Assembly (NCBI GenBank): GCA_964016885.1
Contig: OZ024742.1
Coordinates: 103,912,001 to 103,976,000 of the forward strand
Direction of reading: 5' to 3'
Length of the DNA stretch: 64,000 nt
Source: Eledone cirrhosa
Lineage: Eukaryota
Shown here: in pieces, positions 29,326-44,029 of the stretch
Layout: each line of letters begins with the position of its first letter
Position numbering within the stretch: position 1 is the first letter of the stretch
The notes under the pieces: generated by a model
Seen by the model: only the letters and a program-made list of their open reading frames with translations
Told to the model about the DNA's origin: nothing
Databases searched by the model: none
Position numbers and translations under genes: made by a program

Positions 29326-31544
29326 GCTCGTAACTTTTTACAAAACCATTACTAACATTCTCTATTGACTGTAAATCATTATTTAATGTCCTTTTCCATG
29401 CTAGCACAGGTTAGCTGGGTCTTCCCTTCAAGCAGAGCTACTGACCTCTGGGAAGGGCCGAGTGTCCATGCTCTACTGAATGCATTTAATCATGGAACCA
29501 GCACTAGAGAAATTGTCATTTCTCTGATAAAGCTGAAGAGCCCTCCTGATTTTTTGTTTGGCAGGTTTTATTTTTTATTGACCCAAGGACAAAAGGCAAA
29601 GCTAACCATGGCAGATTGTGAAACCAGAACCTTGGTTATAACTAAGTATCAATGCTCTACCATCTTTTTGTGTGACAAATGTACCATCAACTTGCTGTGC
29701 TGAATTCAATCTCTGCTGTGGGATTATAACTGGCAACAATGTGTTGTCCCACTTACACTTGTATCACCACCACCCTAAGAGTTCTTAATCTTATTTAAAA
29801 TAACTTCTACTATGCCACTGTTACTACATCCACCAGGGCAGTGGATTGGCAGAGTCATTAGAGCATTGGACAAATTCTTAATAGTATTTCTGAGTTCAAA
29901 TCCTGCCAGAATTAACTTTGCCTTTCATCCTTCCAAGGTTGATAAAGTACCAGTAAAGTACTGTCGTTGATATAATTGACTTTCTCCTTCCCACAATTGT
30001 TGATTACACTCACCACTACAACTACAACCACTATGACTACACCATCTATGAAGAAATAGATGATAAAACTATTTGATGAAAGGAGGAGTATGACCACCAT
30101 ATCAATCAGCCAAACAGTAGTGTGGAAAATAGGACATGGCAGGATGGAGAATTACATTTCAAACCTCTTCCACTAATTGAATCTTTTTAAATTATTTATT
30201 TATCCATGTTATTCATTAATTTATAACTAATTTGATTACAAGCCAATAAGGGGGCCCTCTTTACACAGTCATTTAACTTACTAGATATAGCAACTAAATT
30301 TCTTTTAAAATCACACCTTAATGTAGTCCTAGAGATATTATACCTAACAAAATAGATAAGATATAAGGATAGCCAAGATCTTGTTTAATCAAAGCTGACT
30401 ATGGACTAAACTAGTTGTCCAATTTAAGACCACCTTAAGAGCCTTTTAAAAATCACTTTGCCACAAGTAATCAGACCAGTTTTCTAGTTTGAGAATACCT
30501 TCCTCTCCTCCTCCCTGCCACCATTCGTGGAGGTCCTTAAGATGTTCATGGATATTACTGTTCCCTCTCTGATCAAACAGTAAAAAATATATAAATAATT
30601 CAGTAATTCTGAAAGAATTATGAAAACTCTGTGACATAAAAGTCTTTATATCTTTATGTAAAGCTACTGTATATGTATATCATCATTCATTTTCCCATGC
30701 CTGAATAACTAGACAAATCTTCAGTATTACATATCACTGACCTTGATAATTCTCTATCATCTCATCTGTAAAACCATAACCCTAACCCTGAAACCTGACA
30801 CACACACACTGCTCTACGCTTAACCACATGCATTCTAAGTATCATATTACATTCTTAAAAACTGATATTAGAGAGAGGTATACCTATGTACGTGAAATTC
30901 TACATACACATACATACACATTCTTGTAGAAAAAGTGGAAGGGCTTGTAGAGAAAGGGAGGCAGTAGTAAATATGATCATAGTCTTGTCACACTTCATGG
31001 TATGGCCGTAAGAGCAACTGCTTGGCTCCAGGTACAATGATATGGTGGTACAACTGCAAACAGCTGAACTACAATGTGTGGAGTCACTACATGTGTGGAT
31101 GCAGATAGCGCTGGGAAGTGTTGGGGAGGCGGAATTAATGTTGGGAAACATTTAACAACAATGGCGCTCAAGCACAGACATGCACAAAAGAGATGCAAGC
31201 TCACATGCACCCTCAAGCAAGAGTCATGAAGTGTTGTATGTCAATGTGTGATGCCTGAGGGCATGCACATATGTATGCAGGCATCTCAATGTGGAAGGGG
31301 GGTGGAGTGAGTGGTGATGATGGTTTTATGAGCATGGACGGCTACATCTGCATGGTGGGACCGATGGATCCAAGAGAGTGGATATGCATGTATGAGTAGG
31401 AACTTGCAGGTTGTGTATGTGTGTGTGCAGAGGTATATATGTGTGTTGGGTGGTATATATGAATATTGTGAATGTATACATTGGTGTGATGGCTGGAGTC
31501 GTGTGTGTGTGTATGAGCAAGGATAAAGTGAGGTTACAGAAACT

Positions 31545-31727
31545 GGAGTGGGGGGAATTGAAGCCTTTCAGGAAAGAAGTTCCATGGTGAAAAATTAAGT
31601 TCTGGTTAGTTTTGGAGTGAATAGTTGGGGATCTGTGGTATAAAATGATGCCTGAGACAGAAAGGTATTGAGTAGATTGGTTGGAGGAGCGGAGGTGACA
31701 GGCGACAGGGTGTCTTTTCCAGGTCAT
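31545..31727 (-). mobile_element. Penelope-like element GIY-YIG C-terminal remnant (Neptune-like)
   Basis: HPVACHLRSSNQSTQYLSVSGI...NQNLIFHHGTSFLKGFN fits the PVAxHF...EQxLIFxLGT..PxGLN pattern. Confidence 0.6.
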
Positions 31728-32519
31728 ATGTCCCTCATATTAACGATACTAATATAGATGGAATTTTAACAGATAGCTCATTAAACTTACTTTACACACA
31801 CACATATGAAGGACAACAGCTATATAAAAAGCTGACCTTGCACAATTGCACCTCTCAAAGACAATGACACAGGTTCGAGATCTTTGGTGTTATGCAGTAA
31901 TACGGACTCAAACGTACACGTAGTCGGCACCTCTTAATCCACTATACCCCTTTCCATACACCCCGACACCGCCCTCTCACTTCTGCTGACACCACCCTTA
32001 CACTCTGTAAACTTATGTTGGTGTCACAAAAACATCCAGCCCACACTGTAAAGTGGTTGTGTAGGAGACAACAAAAAGCACCCAGCACACACTGTAAATG
32101 TGGTTGTGTAGGAGACACAACAAAAAGCACCCAGCACACACTGTAAATGTGGTTGTGTAGGAGACACAACAAAAAGCACCCAGCACACACTGTAAATGTG
32201 GTTGGCGTTAGGAAAGGCATCCAGCTATAGAAATCTAGCCAGAAACAGTCCTATATGAGCACAACATGGTCACCTGACCCAACTTGCCTCAAATGGGACA
32301 AAACCACCTAACCCATGCTATATACATATATATGTACATATATATATATATGCATCATCATCACCGTTTAACATCTATGTTTCAATGCTGGCATGGGTTA
32401 GATGAGTTATCCTATTGTGAGCAATGCCAGCTCAGGTGGCTATGTCTTGCTCAGGCAGAACTGTAAACTTGACAGGGATTTTTACAGCTGGATGCCCTTC
32501 CTAACACCAACCACATTTA

Positions 32520-33240
32520 TAGGGTGGAAATGGATAGCACCATTATGAGGAGGGACAGGCCAGTTGGTCGCGCTGAACCCTGCTCACAACTGAATCCATA
32601 GTTGGGATACTGGGTGATTTCACTATGAGGGAGGTCTGGCCATGCCAAGCCTTACACAGTGGAGCCGTGTCACTGGAAAATCTGGCCAGACCAAGCCGTA
32701 CTTAGCACAATATCGAGACTGTTGCTGTGATTTGGGATCTGGGTGGTTCCATTATAAGGGAAGTTTAGCCAGTTGGCTGCAGCAAGCCTTACTCATAGTA
32801 GAGCCCTGGGTGGCGCCTTTATGGGGAGGTTCTGACCAAGTTGGCCACGCCATACCCCCCTCACATCAGAACCATAATATGGGCTGTGGGTGGCCTCCTC
32901 TATGAGGGAGGTTGGGCCAGTTGGCCACACCAGGCCTTACTCATAAAGGAGCTGTGTTAAAGGATGGCCACACTGTACCTTACACATATTGGGACTGTTA
33001 CTGTATTTTTGGATCTGGGTGGTCTTATTATGAGGGAGGTCTGGCCAGTTGGCCACACCAAGCCTTACTTGAAGTGGGCCCTGGGCGGAACCATTATGAG
33101 GAAGATCTGGCCAGTTAGCCACGCCATATCCCACACATATTGGAACCATTTGGGAACTTGGTTGGGCCAATTAGGCACGCCAAGCCGTACTCATAAAGGA
33201 GCCATGTTACTGGGTGGTCCTGCCGTCATACACGTTTACA
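32520..33240. repeat. Diverged GC-rich repeat with ~275-bp higher-order unit
   Basis: Motif tatgagggagg..tggccagttggccac at ~32543, 32623, 32752, 32819, 32900, 33028, 33094, 33160. Variant pairs recur at ~275 bp. Confidence 0.75.
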
Positions 33241-33379
33241 GTATGAGCAGGGTCCAGGGTTGAGTTGTCGACACAGGTCTTTTGTCATACGTTGTTACAC
33301 TAGAGATCTTGGTGCTGTGTCATCTCTGTTGGGAGGTTCAGTTGAGCCAGATCAGTCTTTATAATTTTATCCTATGTCT

Positions 33380-34230
33380 TCCTCTTTATATATATCTTCT
33401 TCTTTGCCCATTTATTCCTGAGATGGTCATGGGGACAGAGTCCTCAAACACTCCTTCCAGAGGGTCCTGTCAGAAGCAACCATTTCCAGCTGGAACCCAA
33501 ATGAAACCAGCCAAGTTCATGGATGTTATCCAACTATCTTGCTTGCGATCTATCCCTGGGTCTCCTGTCCAGTGATTCTTTCCTGAGACATTCTAACCAC
33601 ATTTCTATAGTATCAGAGCTATGATCTCTCAATTCAGAGAAGTAGCAACTCTACCTGGAGTGACTCTCTGATCTCCGAGCTACACACTTTGAGTAACATT
33701 ACTCCAAAGACCCTTCGGAGGTACCCCCATTTTGGCCACTTGTATTCACAATCGTATTCTTTTGGTCATTACCCAAGATTCATAAGGGTTGGCATGAATA
33801 GCAAATTGAAGATGGCGAGTTTGGCTTTTACACGCACCTCCCTTCTTCTGAAGTCAGGACTTGGTATGCAGATACTACTGCATCCAAATTTAGAGAACTC
33901 CCTGAGCAAACTGAGGATGTTGAGACAGAGTGGAGATTGTTCAGCTCAGCAGTTTCTGCTTCAGCTGTTGAATGCTGCAGGCAAAAGAGACTTGGTTTGG
34001 TGCAGAATGGCAGGAAGACTCCGTGGTTCAATCAAGAGGTCAAAGATGCCATCCGAGCAAAGAAGGCATACAAAGCTTTGCTTGGAAATAAGTTCTCCTT
34101 GTACTTGCAGTACAAGGAGGCATTAAAAATTAAAGCAGAGACAGTAAAGGTGTCCAAAGTTAAGATATGGGAGGACTTTGGGGTTAAGCTGGAATCCGAC
34201 TGCAGATCAGCAAATAAAGTGTTCTTTATA
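33380..34230. mobile_element. Second RTE family: minus-strand 3' end (33380-33785) joined to a plus-strand internal piece (33790-34230)
   Basis: TPWFNQEVKDAIRAKK...WEDFG.KLE...ANKVF on +. The minus piece resembles fragments at ~4300-4520, 5990-6240 and 63570-63650. Confidence 0.7.
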
Positions 34231-34702
34231 ATAATAAGTCCTCTACACCTGCTATCCAGAATGTGTCTGGAGTTCTCTCTTCAGAAAGGTGCATCTATAT
34301 ATATAAATATATATATCATCATCATCATCATTTAACGTCCATTTTCCACGCTAGCATGGGTTAGATGGGTTGACCCATTAGAGGCAAGTTGGGTGACCAT
34401 GTCTTGCTTGTATCAGGTGACAATGTCTGGATGCCCTTCCTAACATCAACCCCATTTACAGTGTATGCTAGGCGATTTTTGTCGTGACTCCTACATGACC
34501 ACTTTACAGTGTAGGCTGGATGCTTTTAGTCATGACACCTTACAGTGTGGGCTGGGTGCTTTTTGTTGTGACTCCTACACAACCACAGAAACAACCCTAT
34601 ATGCGTAAGATACAGTCACCTGACATAACTTGCCTCAAATGGGACAACCTGTGTAACCCATGCAAGCATGGAAAATGGTCATTAAATGATGATTCATACA
34701 TA

Positions 34703-35596
34703 CAGGGTGCGGACGATATTTGTTCGCAATTTTCAACTGCTAATTTTATGCAAATTTATTTTACTTCCGTTGTCACTCTTGTCTTCATAAAAACAGTGAC
34801 TATATTTCCATTATTTATTTTCAGAATAATTGATTATGAATAATTTTGAACCTCAAAATTTGTGGAAAAGACACAGAGTTCTTCTTGGAATCCGCGCCGG
34901 GAGGACAAATAAGGAGCAGAAGATCAACTCCCAGAACAACAGGTGGCTCGCCGTCTCATCCAAAGACGTGCCCACCAGAGTTATGCAGACAAAGTTTCCA
35001 GCGACAACATTGGTCTTAGGTGTCGTCAGCAGTCAAGGTGTCGTCATGCCACCTCACTTCTTCCCTGAGGGCCTCAAGCTGAACACCGATGGCTACATCC
35101 GGGTTCTGAGGGAGGTAGTAAAGCCCTGAATCGACCAGGTAGCTGCAGGTAGGCCATACGTGTAGCAACAAGACTCAGCGCCCTGCCATACCAGCCGAAA
35201 GACCCAAGCCTGGCTGTCAGAGAACTTCATCGACCACACTTCACCTGACGTCTGGCCTCCCAGTTCGCCTGACTGCAACCACCTCGACTTCTTTGTGGGG
35301 CGCAGTGGAACAAGACACCAACAGATCTAGCTGCAATACGAAAGACGATCTGAAGGCCAGGATCACAAGTGCCTTTAGGGGCCTAAGTCGGGGGACAGTG
35401 ACGAAGGCCTGTAGCCGGTTCCGAGGCCGCCTTGAGGCCATCATCAAAGCCAATGGCAGGTTTATCAAGTGAGATCGAAAGAACAAGTCATGAAGACAAA
35501 CTGACCCAAGTTTGATAAATATATCTTAAAAAATAAAAATACTGTGTTATTTTTTCCTAGACAGTAATCTTGCGAACAAATAGCGTCCGCACCCTG
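34703..35596 (+). mobile_element. maT/DD37D-type transposon, internally deleted and disrupted
   Basis: TA-flanked TIRs cagggtgcggacg.tatttgttcgcaa. Transposase remnant QQDSAPCH...WPPSSPDCNHLD has 37 residues between the second and third D. In-frame stops present. Confidence 0.9.
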
Positions 35597-35621
35597 TATA
35601 TATACATATATACACATACAA

Positions 35622-37830
35622 ATACATCGCGAGGACCAAAAATGTGAGGTGTTCAGGATTGCTAGGCAATGTGTCAAGGAAAACCATGATATTGTCAGGA
35701 AGAAGTGTGTCCGTAATGATGATGGTGTACTTGCCATCACTGATGCTAAGAAGGTAGCTTGGAAGTGTCACTACGAGAGGCTACTAAATGAGGAGAATAA
35801 ATGGGAAAAAGATAGTCTGCCCCAAATCGATCCAATAGAGGGACCAGCAGTGCAAGTTGAAGGTAGTATAATAAGTAAGGCAATCAAAGATATGAAGACA
35901 GGCAAGGCAGCAGGGCCTTCGGAGATAGTTGCTGAAATGCTTCACCCGGATTATAAACCAAGTCATACAGAACGGAGTCATACCAAATGACTGGTGTAGC
36001 AGCATCATCTTTAACTGCTACAAGGGTAAAGGAGATGCCCTAGATAGAGGAAACTATAGAGGAATTAAATTAATTGACCAGGTCATGAAGGTCACAGAAA
36101 AAGTTATGGCGCAACTAATCAGAGAGCGAATTGATCTAGATGAAATGCAGTTTGGGTTTGTGTCAGGCAAAAGTACCACAGATGCCCTTTTCCTTGTACG
36201 TCAACTACAGGAGCAGTACCTAGCTAAAAGTAAACCCCTATACTTAGCTTTTGTTGACTTGGAGAAAGCCTTTGACAAGGTCCCCCCGTGCCATTATCTG
36301 GTGGACCCTTAGAAAACTAGGTGTTGATGAATGGCTTGTGAGAGCTATACAAGCCATGTATAAAGAAACAGTCAGCAAGGTTAGAATTAACAACGAATAT
36401 AGTGAAGAATTTAGCGTAAAAGTTGGTTCATTAGGGCTCTGTCCTTAGCCCCCTCCTATATTATTGCCCTTCAGGCTAAAACAGAGGAGTTCAAGACCGG
36501 CTGCCCATGGGATCTTCTATATGCACATGATCTAACGCTCATAGCTGAATTGGTGGCTGAACTAGAGAAGAAATTCCAAACATGGAAGCATGGCCTAGAA
36601 TCAAAAAGCCTTAAAGTTAAGGAAAATAGGGCACAGGTCCCCTCTGGGAAATGGCCATCAGTGTGGAGGTAAGAAGTAGGCAGAAATTCCATTTTATGTC
36701 CCAAATGCAAAGTATGGGTGCATAAAAGATGTAGTGGGATCACAGGTAAGCTATCTAAGAACGTAGATTTTATATGTGGCCGGTGTTCAGGTGCAATAAG
36801 TAGCAAGTGCCCACAGGATATTAGCTTCTTCTATTGCGGAGATGGTTCTATAGAAATAGTGGACACCTTCCATTACCTGGGTGACAAACCAGCAGTGGTG
36901 GAGGGTGCTCTGAAAGTACAGTAGCCAGAGTCAGAACGGGATGGAAAAAGTTCAGAGAGCTTATACCACTATTGGCCACTAAAGGTTTCTCTCTAAAAAT
37001 GAAAGGCAGACTGTATGATGCCTGCATACGAACAGCAATTTTACATGGCAGTGAGACATAGGCATTATGTGCAGAGGATCTGCGCAGACTGGAGAGGAAT
37101 GAAGCATGCATGCTCCATTGGGTGTGTAATAGTAATACACGTGAACGGCAAAGTATAAATGAACTATGTGAGAAATTAGGAATAAGAGGGATCAGATGCT
37201 GTTTACTCAAGAGAAGACTGCGTTGGTATGGTCACGTGATGAGCATGAAAGACGACAGCTGTATAAAAAAGTGCAGGGCGATCAAAATTGATGGAAGTTA
37301 CGGAGTAGGCAAACCCAGAAAAACCTGGGACGATTTGATAAATTCCGACCTCACACCTCTCCAAGACAATGTCACTGGACTGAGATCTCTGGCGTTACGC
37401 AGTAATACAGAAGACCCGCATTGCCTATGTACAAAGCGAAACCTACAGTCAGTAGGCACCTCTTAACCAAATACACACCCCCATCACACTACCCCTGCTC
37501 CACCCCACCTACCCCCACCGCCATCAACACCACCTCTTTCTCTGTAAAGTTATGTTGGTACGACAACATCCAATCCTAAATAAATGAGGTCGTGGAGGTG
37601 CCACGACAAAAAAACACAGTCCACGCTGTAATGTGGCCGTGTAGGTGACACGGTAAAAACCTCTCAGTCCACACTGTAAACGTGGTTGGTGTTAGGAAGA
37701 GCATCCAGCCGTAGAAAACCTGCCAGACAGTCCTTTACGAGCGAGACGACCAATCTTGCCTCAAGTGGGACAATTCCCGTCTAAACCCATGCTAGCGTGG
37801 AAGATAGATGTTAAACGATGATGATGATGA
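35622..37830 (+). mobile_element. RTE-clade LINE, 5'-truncated, RT ORF frameshifted, with 3' UTR and (GAT)n tail
   Basis: YKGKGD...NYRGI, QFGF..GKSTTDA, AFVDLEKAFD, LLYAxD, YLG, RRLRWYGHV, GKPRKTW motifs. Confidence 0.95.
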
Positions 37831-37994
37831 TTCACATACAAATACATACATCATCATCATTTTCATTTTACGTCCGCGTTTCCCTGCTTGCAAGGGTTGG
37901 ACGGGTCCTATTCAGCACAGCATCTCTCCACTTGCCACGGTCCTTCGTCATCTCTGAGTTTCAGCGATCTGAGGTCTGCTCTCACCACCTCCGC

Positions 37995-38376
37995 AAATAT
38001 ATACACATACAAATATATACCTATATATATATATATATACATAGATACATACTTACATATATATATATACATACATAGATACATACCTACATATATATAT
38101 ATACATACATAGATACATACCTACATATATATATATACATACATAGATACATAGATACATACCTACATATATATATATACATACATAGATACATACCTAC
38201 ATATATATATATATATATACACATAGATACATACCTACATATATATCATCATCATCACCGTTTTTACGTCCGTTCTTCCACGCTAGCATGGGTTAGACGG
38301 TAGCATATATATATATATATATATATATACATACATAGATACATACCTACATATATATATATATATATACACATAG

Positions 38377-38425
<49 letters not shown>

Positions 38426-38426
38426 G

Positions 38427-38473
<47 letters not shown>

Positions 38474-38474
38474 G

Positions 38475-38525
<51 letters not shown>

Positions 38526-38526
38526 G

Positions 38527-38575
<49 letters not shown>

Positions 38576-38585
38576 GATACATACC

Positions 38586-38631
<46 letters not shown>

Positions 38632-38641
38632 GATACATACC

Positions 38642-38677
<36 letters not shown>

Positions 38678-38687
38678 GATACATACC

Positions 38688-38725
<38 letters not shown>

Positions 38726-39765
38726 CCTATATATCATCATCATCAACGTTTAACGCCCGTGTTCCACGCTTGCATGGGTTTGGACGGGGGTAGTCCCACT
38801 TGAGATATACACAAACCTATATATATATACATACATATATATACATATACATACATATCTACATACATATACATATATACCTATATATATACATACATAC
38901 CTATATATACATACCTATATATATATACATACCTATATATATATATACATACCTATATATATATATACATACCTATATATATATATACATACCTATATAT
39001 ATATATACATACCTATATATATATATATACATACCTATATATATATATATACATACCTATATATATATATACCTATATATATATATATACCTATATATAT
39101 ATATACCTATATATATATATATACCTATATATATATATATACCTATATATATATATATACCTATATATATATATATACCTATATATATATATATACCTAT
39201 ATATATATATATACCTATATATATATATATACCTATATATATATTTATACCTATATATATATATATACCTATATATATATATATATACCTATATATATAT
39301 ATATATACCTATATATATATATATATACCTATATATATATATATATACCTATATATATATATACCTATATATATATATATATACCTATATATATATATAT
39401 ATACCTATATATATATACCTATATATATATATATATATACCTATATATATATATATATACCTATATATATATATATATACCTATATATATATATATATAC
39501 CTATATATATATATATATACCTATATATATATATATATATATATACCTATATATATATATATATATACCTATATATATATATATACCTATATATATATAT
39601 ATATATATACCTATATATATATATATATACCTATATATATATATATATATATACCTATATATATATATATATATATACCTATATATATATATATATACCT
39701 ATATATATATATATATACCTATATATATATATATACCTATATATATATATACCTATATATATCAT
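37995..39765. repeat. Complex (TA)n / TACC-interrupted microsatellite with embedded short RTE tails
   Basis: Direct reading. Tails at ~38244-38303 and ~38733-38805. Confidence 0.95.
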
Positions 39766-40335
39766 CATCATCATCATCATCAGGTTTAGCGTCCGTGTTC
39801 CACGCTTGCATGGGTTTGGACGGGGGTTTTCCCACTTGAGGCAAGAGTGGTTGTCTTGCTCGCATAGGACTGTCTGGCGGGTTTTCTACAGTTGGATGCC
39901 CTTCCTAACACCAACCACATTTACAGTGTGGGGCTGGGAGGTTTTTACCGTGTTGCCTACACGGCCACATTACAGCGTGGACTGTCTGGCGGGTTTTCTA
40001 CAGCTGGATGCCCTTCCTAACACCAACCATATTTACAGTGTGGGGCTGGGAGGTTTTTACCGTGTTGCCTACACGGCCACATTTACAGCGTGGACTGTGT
40101 GTTTTTTGTCGTGACACCTACACGATCTCATTTGTTTCGGCCTGGATGTTGTGGGACCAACATAACTTTACATTGAAAGGGGCGGTGTGGGTGGGGTGGA
40201 GGTGGTGGGACGGGGGTGTGTTTTGATAGAGGTGCCTACTGACTGTAGTAGGTTTTTACTTTGTATTTAGGTAAGGCGGGTCTTCTCTATTACTGAGTAC
40301 CGCCAAAGGTCTCGGTCCAGTGACATTGTCTTGAC
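39765..40335 (-). mobile_element. RTE 3' end, same subfamily as 37360-37830 (another copy at 52560-52960)
   Basis: Reverse complement matches the 37360-37830 UTR, with an internal ~110-bp duplication. Confidence 0.85.
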
Positions 40336-40565
40336 ATACCTATATATATATACCTATATATATATATATACCTATATATATATATATACCTATATATATA
40401 TATATATATATACATACATATACATACCTATATATATATATATACATACATATATATACATATATATATATACATACATACCTATATATATATATATACA
40501 TACATATATATATATATATACATACATATATATATATACATACATACATACATATATATACATAC

Positions 40566-40598
<33 letters not shown>

Positions 40599-40629
40599 CA
40601 TACATACACATACATATATATATACATAC

Positions 40630-40676
<47 letters not shown>

Positions 40677-40759
40677 CATACATACATATATACATATATA
40701 TACATATATATATATACATACATACATATATATACATACATACATATATATACATACAT

Positions 40760-40792
<33 letters not shown>

Positions 40793-40868
40793 CATACATA
40801 CATATACATACATACATATACATACACATATATACATACATATACACATACATATACACACACATATA
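40336..40868. repeat. (TA)n/(TACA)n microsatellite
   Basis: Direct reading. Confidence 0.95.
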
Positions 40869-43800
40869 TCGTTTTTTTTATTTACTTAGCAGTATGAACC
40901 CCACCCCATTACCAGTGTGTGTGTATTCAAGTACACACACCCACACCCATTTACATGGCTAAGTATAAATGTCGACTAAATTTTTTTTTAATATATTACC
41001 AACAATGTGTCTTCATCTGTTTTAATTCAGCCAATCTAGTTTTGATTGATATATCAGAAAATTCTTCCATCTCAATCATAACTGTGGTCTTGTGTGGAAT
41101 TATGATTACACAGATAGTAGACAGCAAGTCTAGGCATTCAATGACTCAGAGCATTGAGTTCAAATCCAGTCATTCCTCCTGAATTATTTTGCTAAGTACC
41201 AGTTCTTGTTTCGCCCCTGCTCAGCTCCAATGTGCCTTTCTCTATTTAAGACAATGGGATAGGATTTGATGGAGATTTAACTGTTATTTTTAGCACCTTG
41301 AACTGAGTCTTACTCGTAAACTCGAAAGTACCAATAATATAATTGTACTATATCAAGAAGTGATGGTTAGAGTTTTCAGTAGTAACAAACTGTGGTCCTT
41401 GCATGTCCATGTAGTTCTTCCTTTTGTGTATTTTAGTTTTGGTGAATATGTTTTATGACTAGATTTGTGTACAAGCAAGGCTGCAAATTGACAGGGTCGT
41501 TAGAGCATTGGATTAAAAATGCCTCGGTATATATATATACCACAGCTCACTATGCTCTGACTTCAAATTTCGCTGTAGTCAACTTTCATCCTTTCGAGTT
41601 CGATAAAGTGTCAGTTCAGTACTGGGTTTCATTCTTCCTCTATTTCTATTTCTCTCTGGAAGAAATCGGTTGTGTTCTGTCCAGGAGAGGGATGGATTCC
41701 ACCAGGTTTAAAATGCCCAAGATACGGTGCGCTATGATTCCAACAGTTAAGGGGCCATTTGCTTTACTACTATGTTAAGAAACTGTACTAACACAAGAGA
41801 CGCTTGTTTTAAAGAAAAGAATGCATTCTCATATATACCAACATCTCTAGTTAGACTAGACATGTTAAATATGTTCTATAACCCTATCTCACTCCTTTAC
41901 ATATTTACCTCTAATTGTTTTTTTTGTTTTTTACTTCAAAGTTAATATCCTAAAGGAATAAAGGGCGGTTGGAGATATTCACAATGGACTGATCAATTGT
42001 CTAAAAGAACTGAAAACAATTATAAGTGGCATTGCTATATATTGACCTCTGTGGTAGCGCCGATTGTAAAACAATATGATGAAGACGAATAAAGACATGA
42101 ACAATATCGTGCGCGCACGCCCACAGTGCAAAAAGGAGGCTACACTGACGAATCTGTAGAATGAAATGGGCCAGTATAGTGTTAAGAATCGGCATCAGTT
42201 AACGACTTGACACGAATGCCTTTCGAAAATTTAAAGAGTTTATATATAGTAAAATCCGCTGCGTGTGTGTAGAGAGAGATAAAGATTGGAGTGTTAAGAT
42301 TTCATGAACAAAAAGCAAATAGATATATGGAAAAGCATGGATCATCTGACTGATAAAATGACAAAAAACAGTGAGGAAGTATAGTAGAAAATTTGGAGGA
42401 GGGAGGACATGAAAACTGGTTGGATGACAGTAGCAGAGTAAATGCAGAGAGGGATGAGAAAAGCGGAGAGTAAACGGTGGAAAGCTGGCCATGTAATGCT
42501 GATTCAGAGAAAACCAGTTTGACTTTTTTGCGGGAAACTGCAATACTAAATAGACAGAAAGAAAGAAAAAAAGAAATGAAGAAAAAATAAAAGGAGAAAA
42601 AAGGACGAAGTAAAGAGGGTAAAATAAAAACAGACGAGTAGATAGGGGAAAGAGTGGAGACGTATTAGCAACAGAAGAATTCACCAGCTTCAAACAGGTT
42701 GCCAGGTGTCTAAATGACAGATATTCATTCCAACTATTTCCCTCTCATTAAAGGATCACTCTAAGCTAGAAAGTAAACGACTTGGTTAAGTCATAAGTTT
42801 CTGAATACCTATTTCGTCTGCCCAAACCGGTTTGGGACTGTAGTCGAAAAGCGAAGATGGAGAGCAATAGAAGATATGCATATCTCCTTTATTAAAACTT
42901 AGTGGATAAGAGACGGAAATGCAAACTGCTATACTTTCGCATGCATTCGCTGGAAAATGATTAATTTCAATTAAACAGCAAAGAATTGAATCTGCAGTTG
43001 ATGTTTAATCCAAGTCTGCCTTGGTAGAAAAGACCGATAATCATAAGAGTGCCAGCTGTGACCATCTCGTCATTTTTTCATTGTCAGCAGGACTACGTTA
43101 TCCAATGTGTACGTAATTTTTTAAGATGGGAGGTATGATTTGTGGAAGATTTGGCTGCTATTTGTAACAGACTGACTAGCCTCATAGTCACCCTCTTTAT
43201 TTCGGTAAGACAACGAACTATCTATAAGAGGTTCGCGGTGATGTAGAATCGAAGCTGCCGGTGAATCAAGTTCGAGGCCAGTTTCCATTCCCAGGAATAG
43301 CCAATCCACTTCGCTAACACTGTTAATGTAATTGGGAAAGCATGGAACTTTTCCTATATACATTTTATTCAGTGCCTGGGCTCTTTCCCTCTGTGAAGGA
43401 GTTTCGTGGATATTAACGATCGGATCGTAACCGTGTGGCGAACTTGGATCGTGCGGAGATTACTTTACCAATCAGGCTATTATATATATATATATATATA
43501 TATATTAGTAGGTATGAAATCTGGAATCTTTAAAAAGCAAACAGAAATTACTGTGTATGCATACCTTAAGGAAAAAGTATTAAGCAACGTAAAGAAAGTG
43601 AAATTGTTCCAACCGGAAATTGCCCACTGTTTGCCGGAAGCAACACTTTTCGGTACGTGCCAATGATTATGATTAATTCTGGATAAACAAAATGACATAT
43701 TTGTTTGTCAAATATATTCCTAATGAGTATAGTTTTTTCGAAATAGACTTTTCTTCCAAGACCGAATCGGTCATGTGTATATTTACATGTGTATATTTAC

Positions 43801-44029
43801 ATATAGTCTGCACGACAACCGCCTTAACTCAGAAATACAACCCACACGAGACGGACCTCATAACAGCATAGAGTGCTTCGGAGGTGCGCCGCCCATAACT
43901 GTAGTGAGTTACACACCTAACTAATATATATATACATACACGACCCGATTCGGTCTGTATGCGCCAAGAAATTGCAAGCCACACGCGCTACAGCCGTAAT
44001 ATATATATATATATATAATATATATATAT

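Noticed and set aside
28521-29333. 270-aa Cys-rich ORF
   Set aside because: Artefact of a 48-bp (16-codon) tandem repeat derived from an RTE UTR.
30777-30791. Telomere-like TAACCC x2
   Set aside because: Too short to be meaningful.
38264-40897. Long YI/HT/CM-rich ORFs
   Set aside because: Translations of TA/TACA microsatellites.
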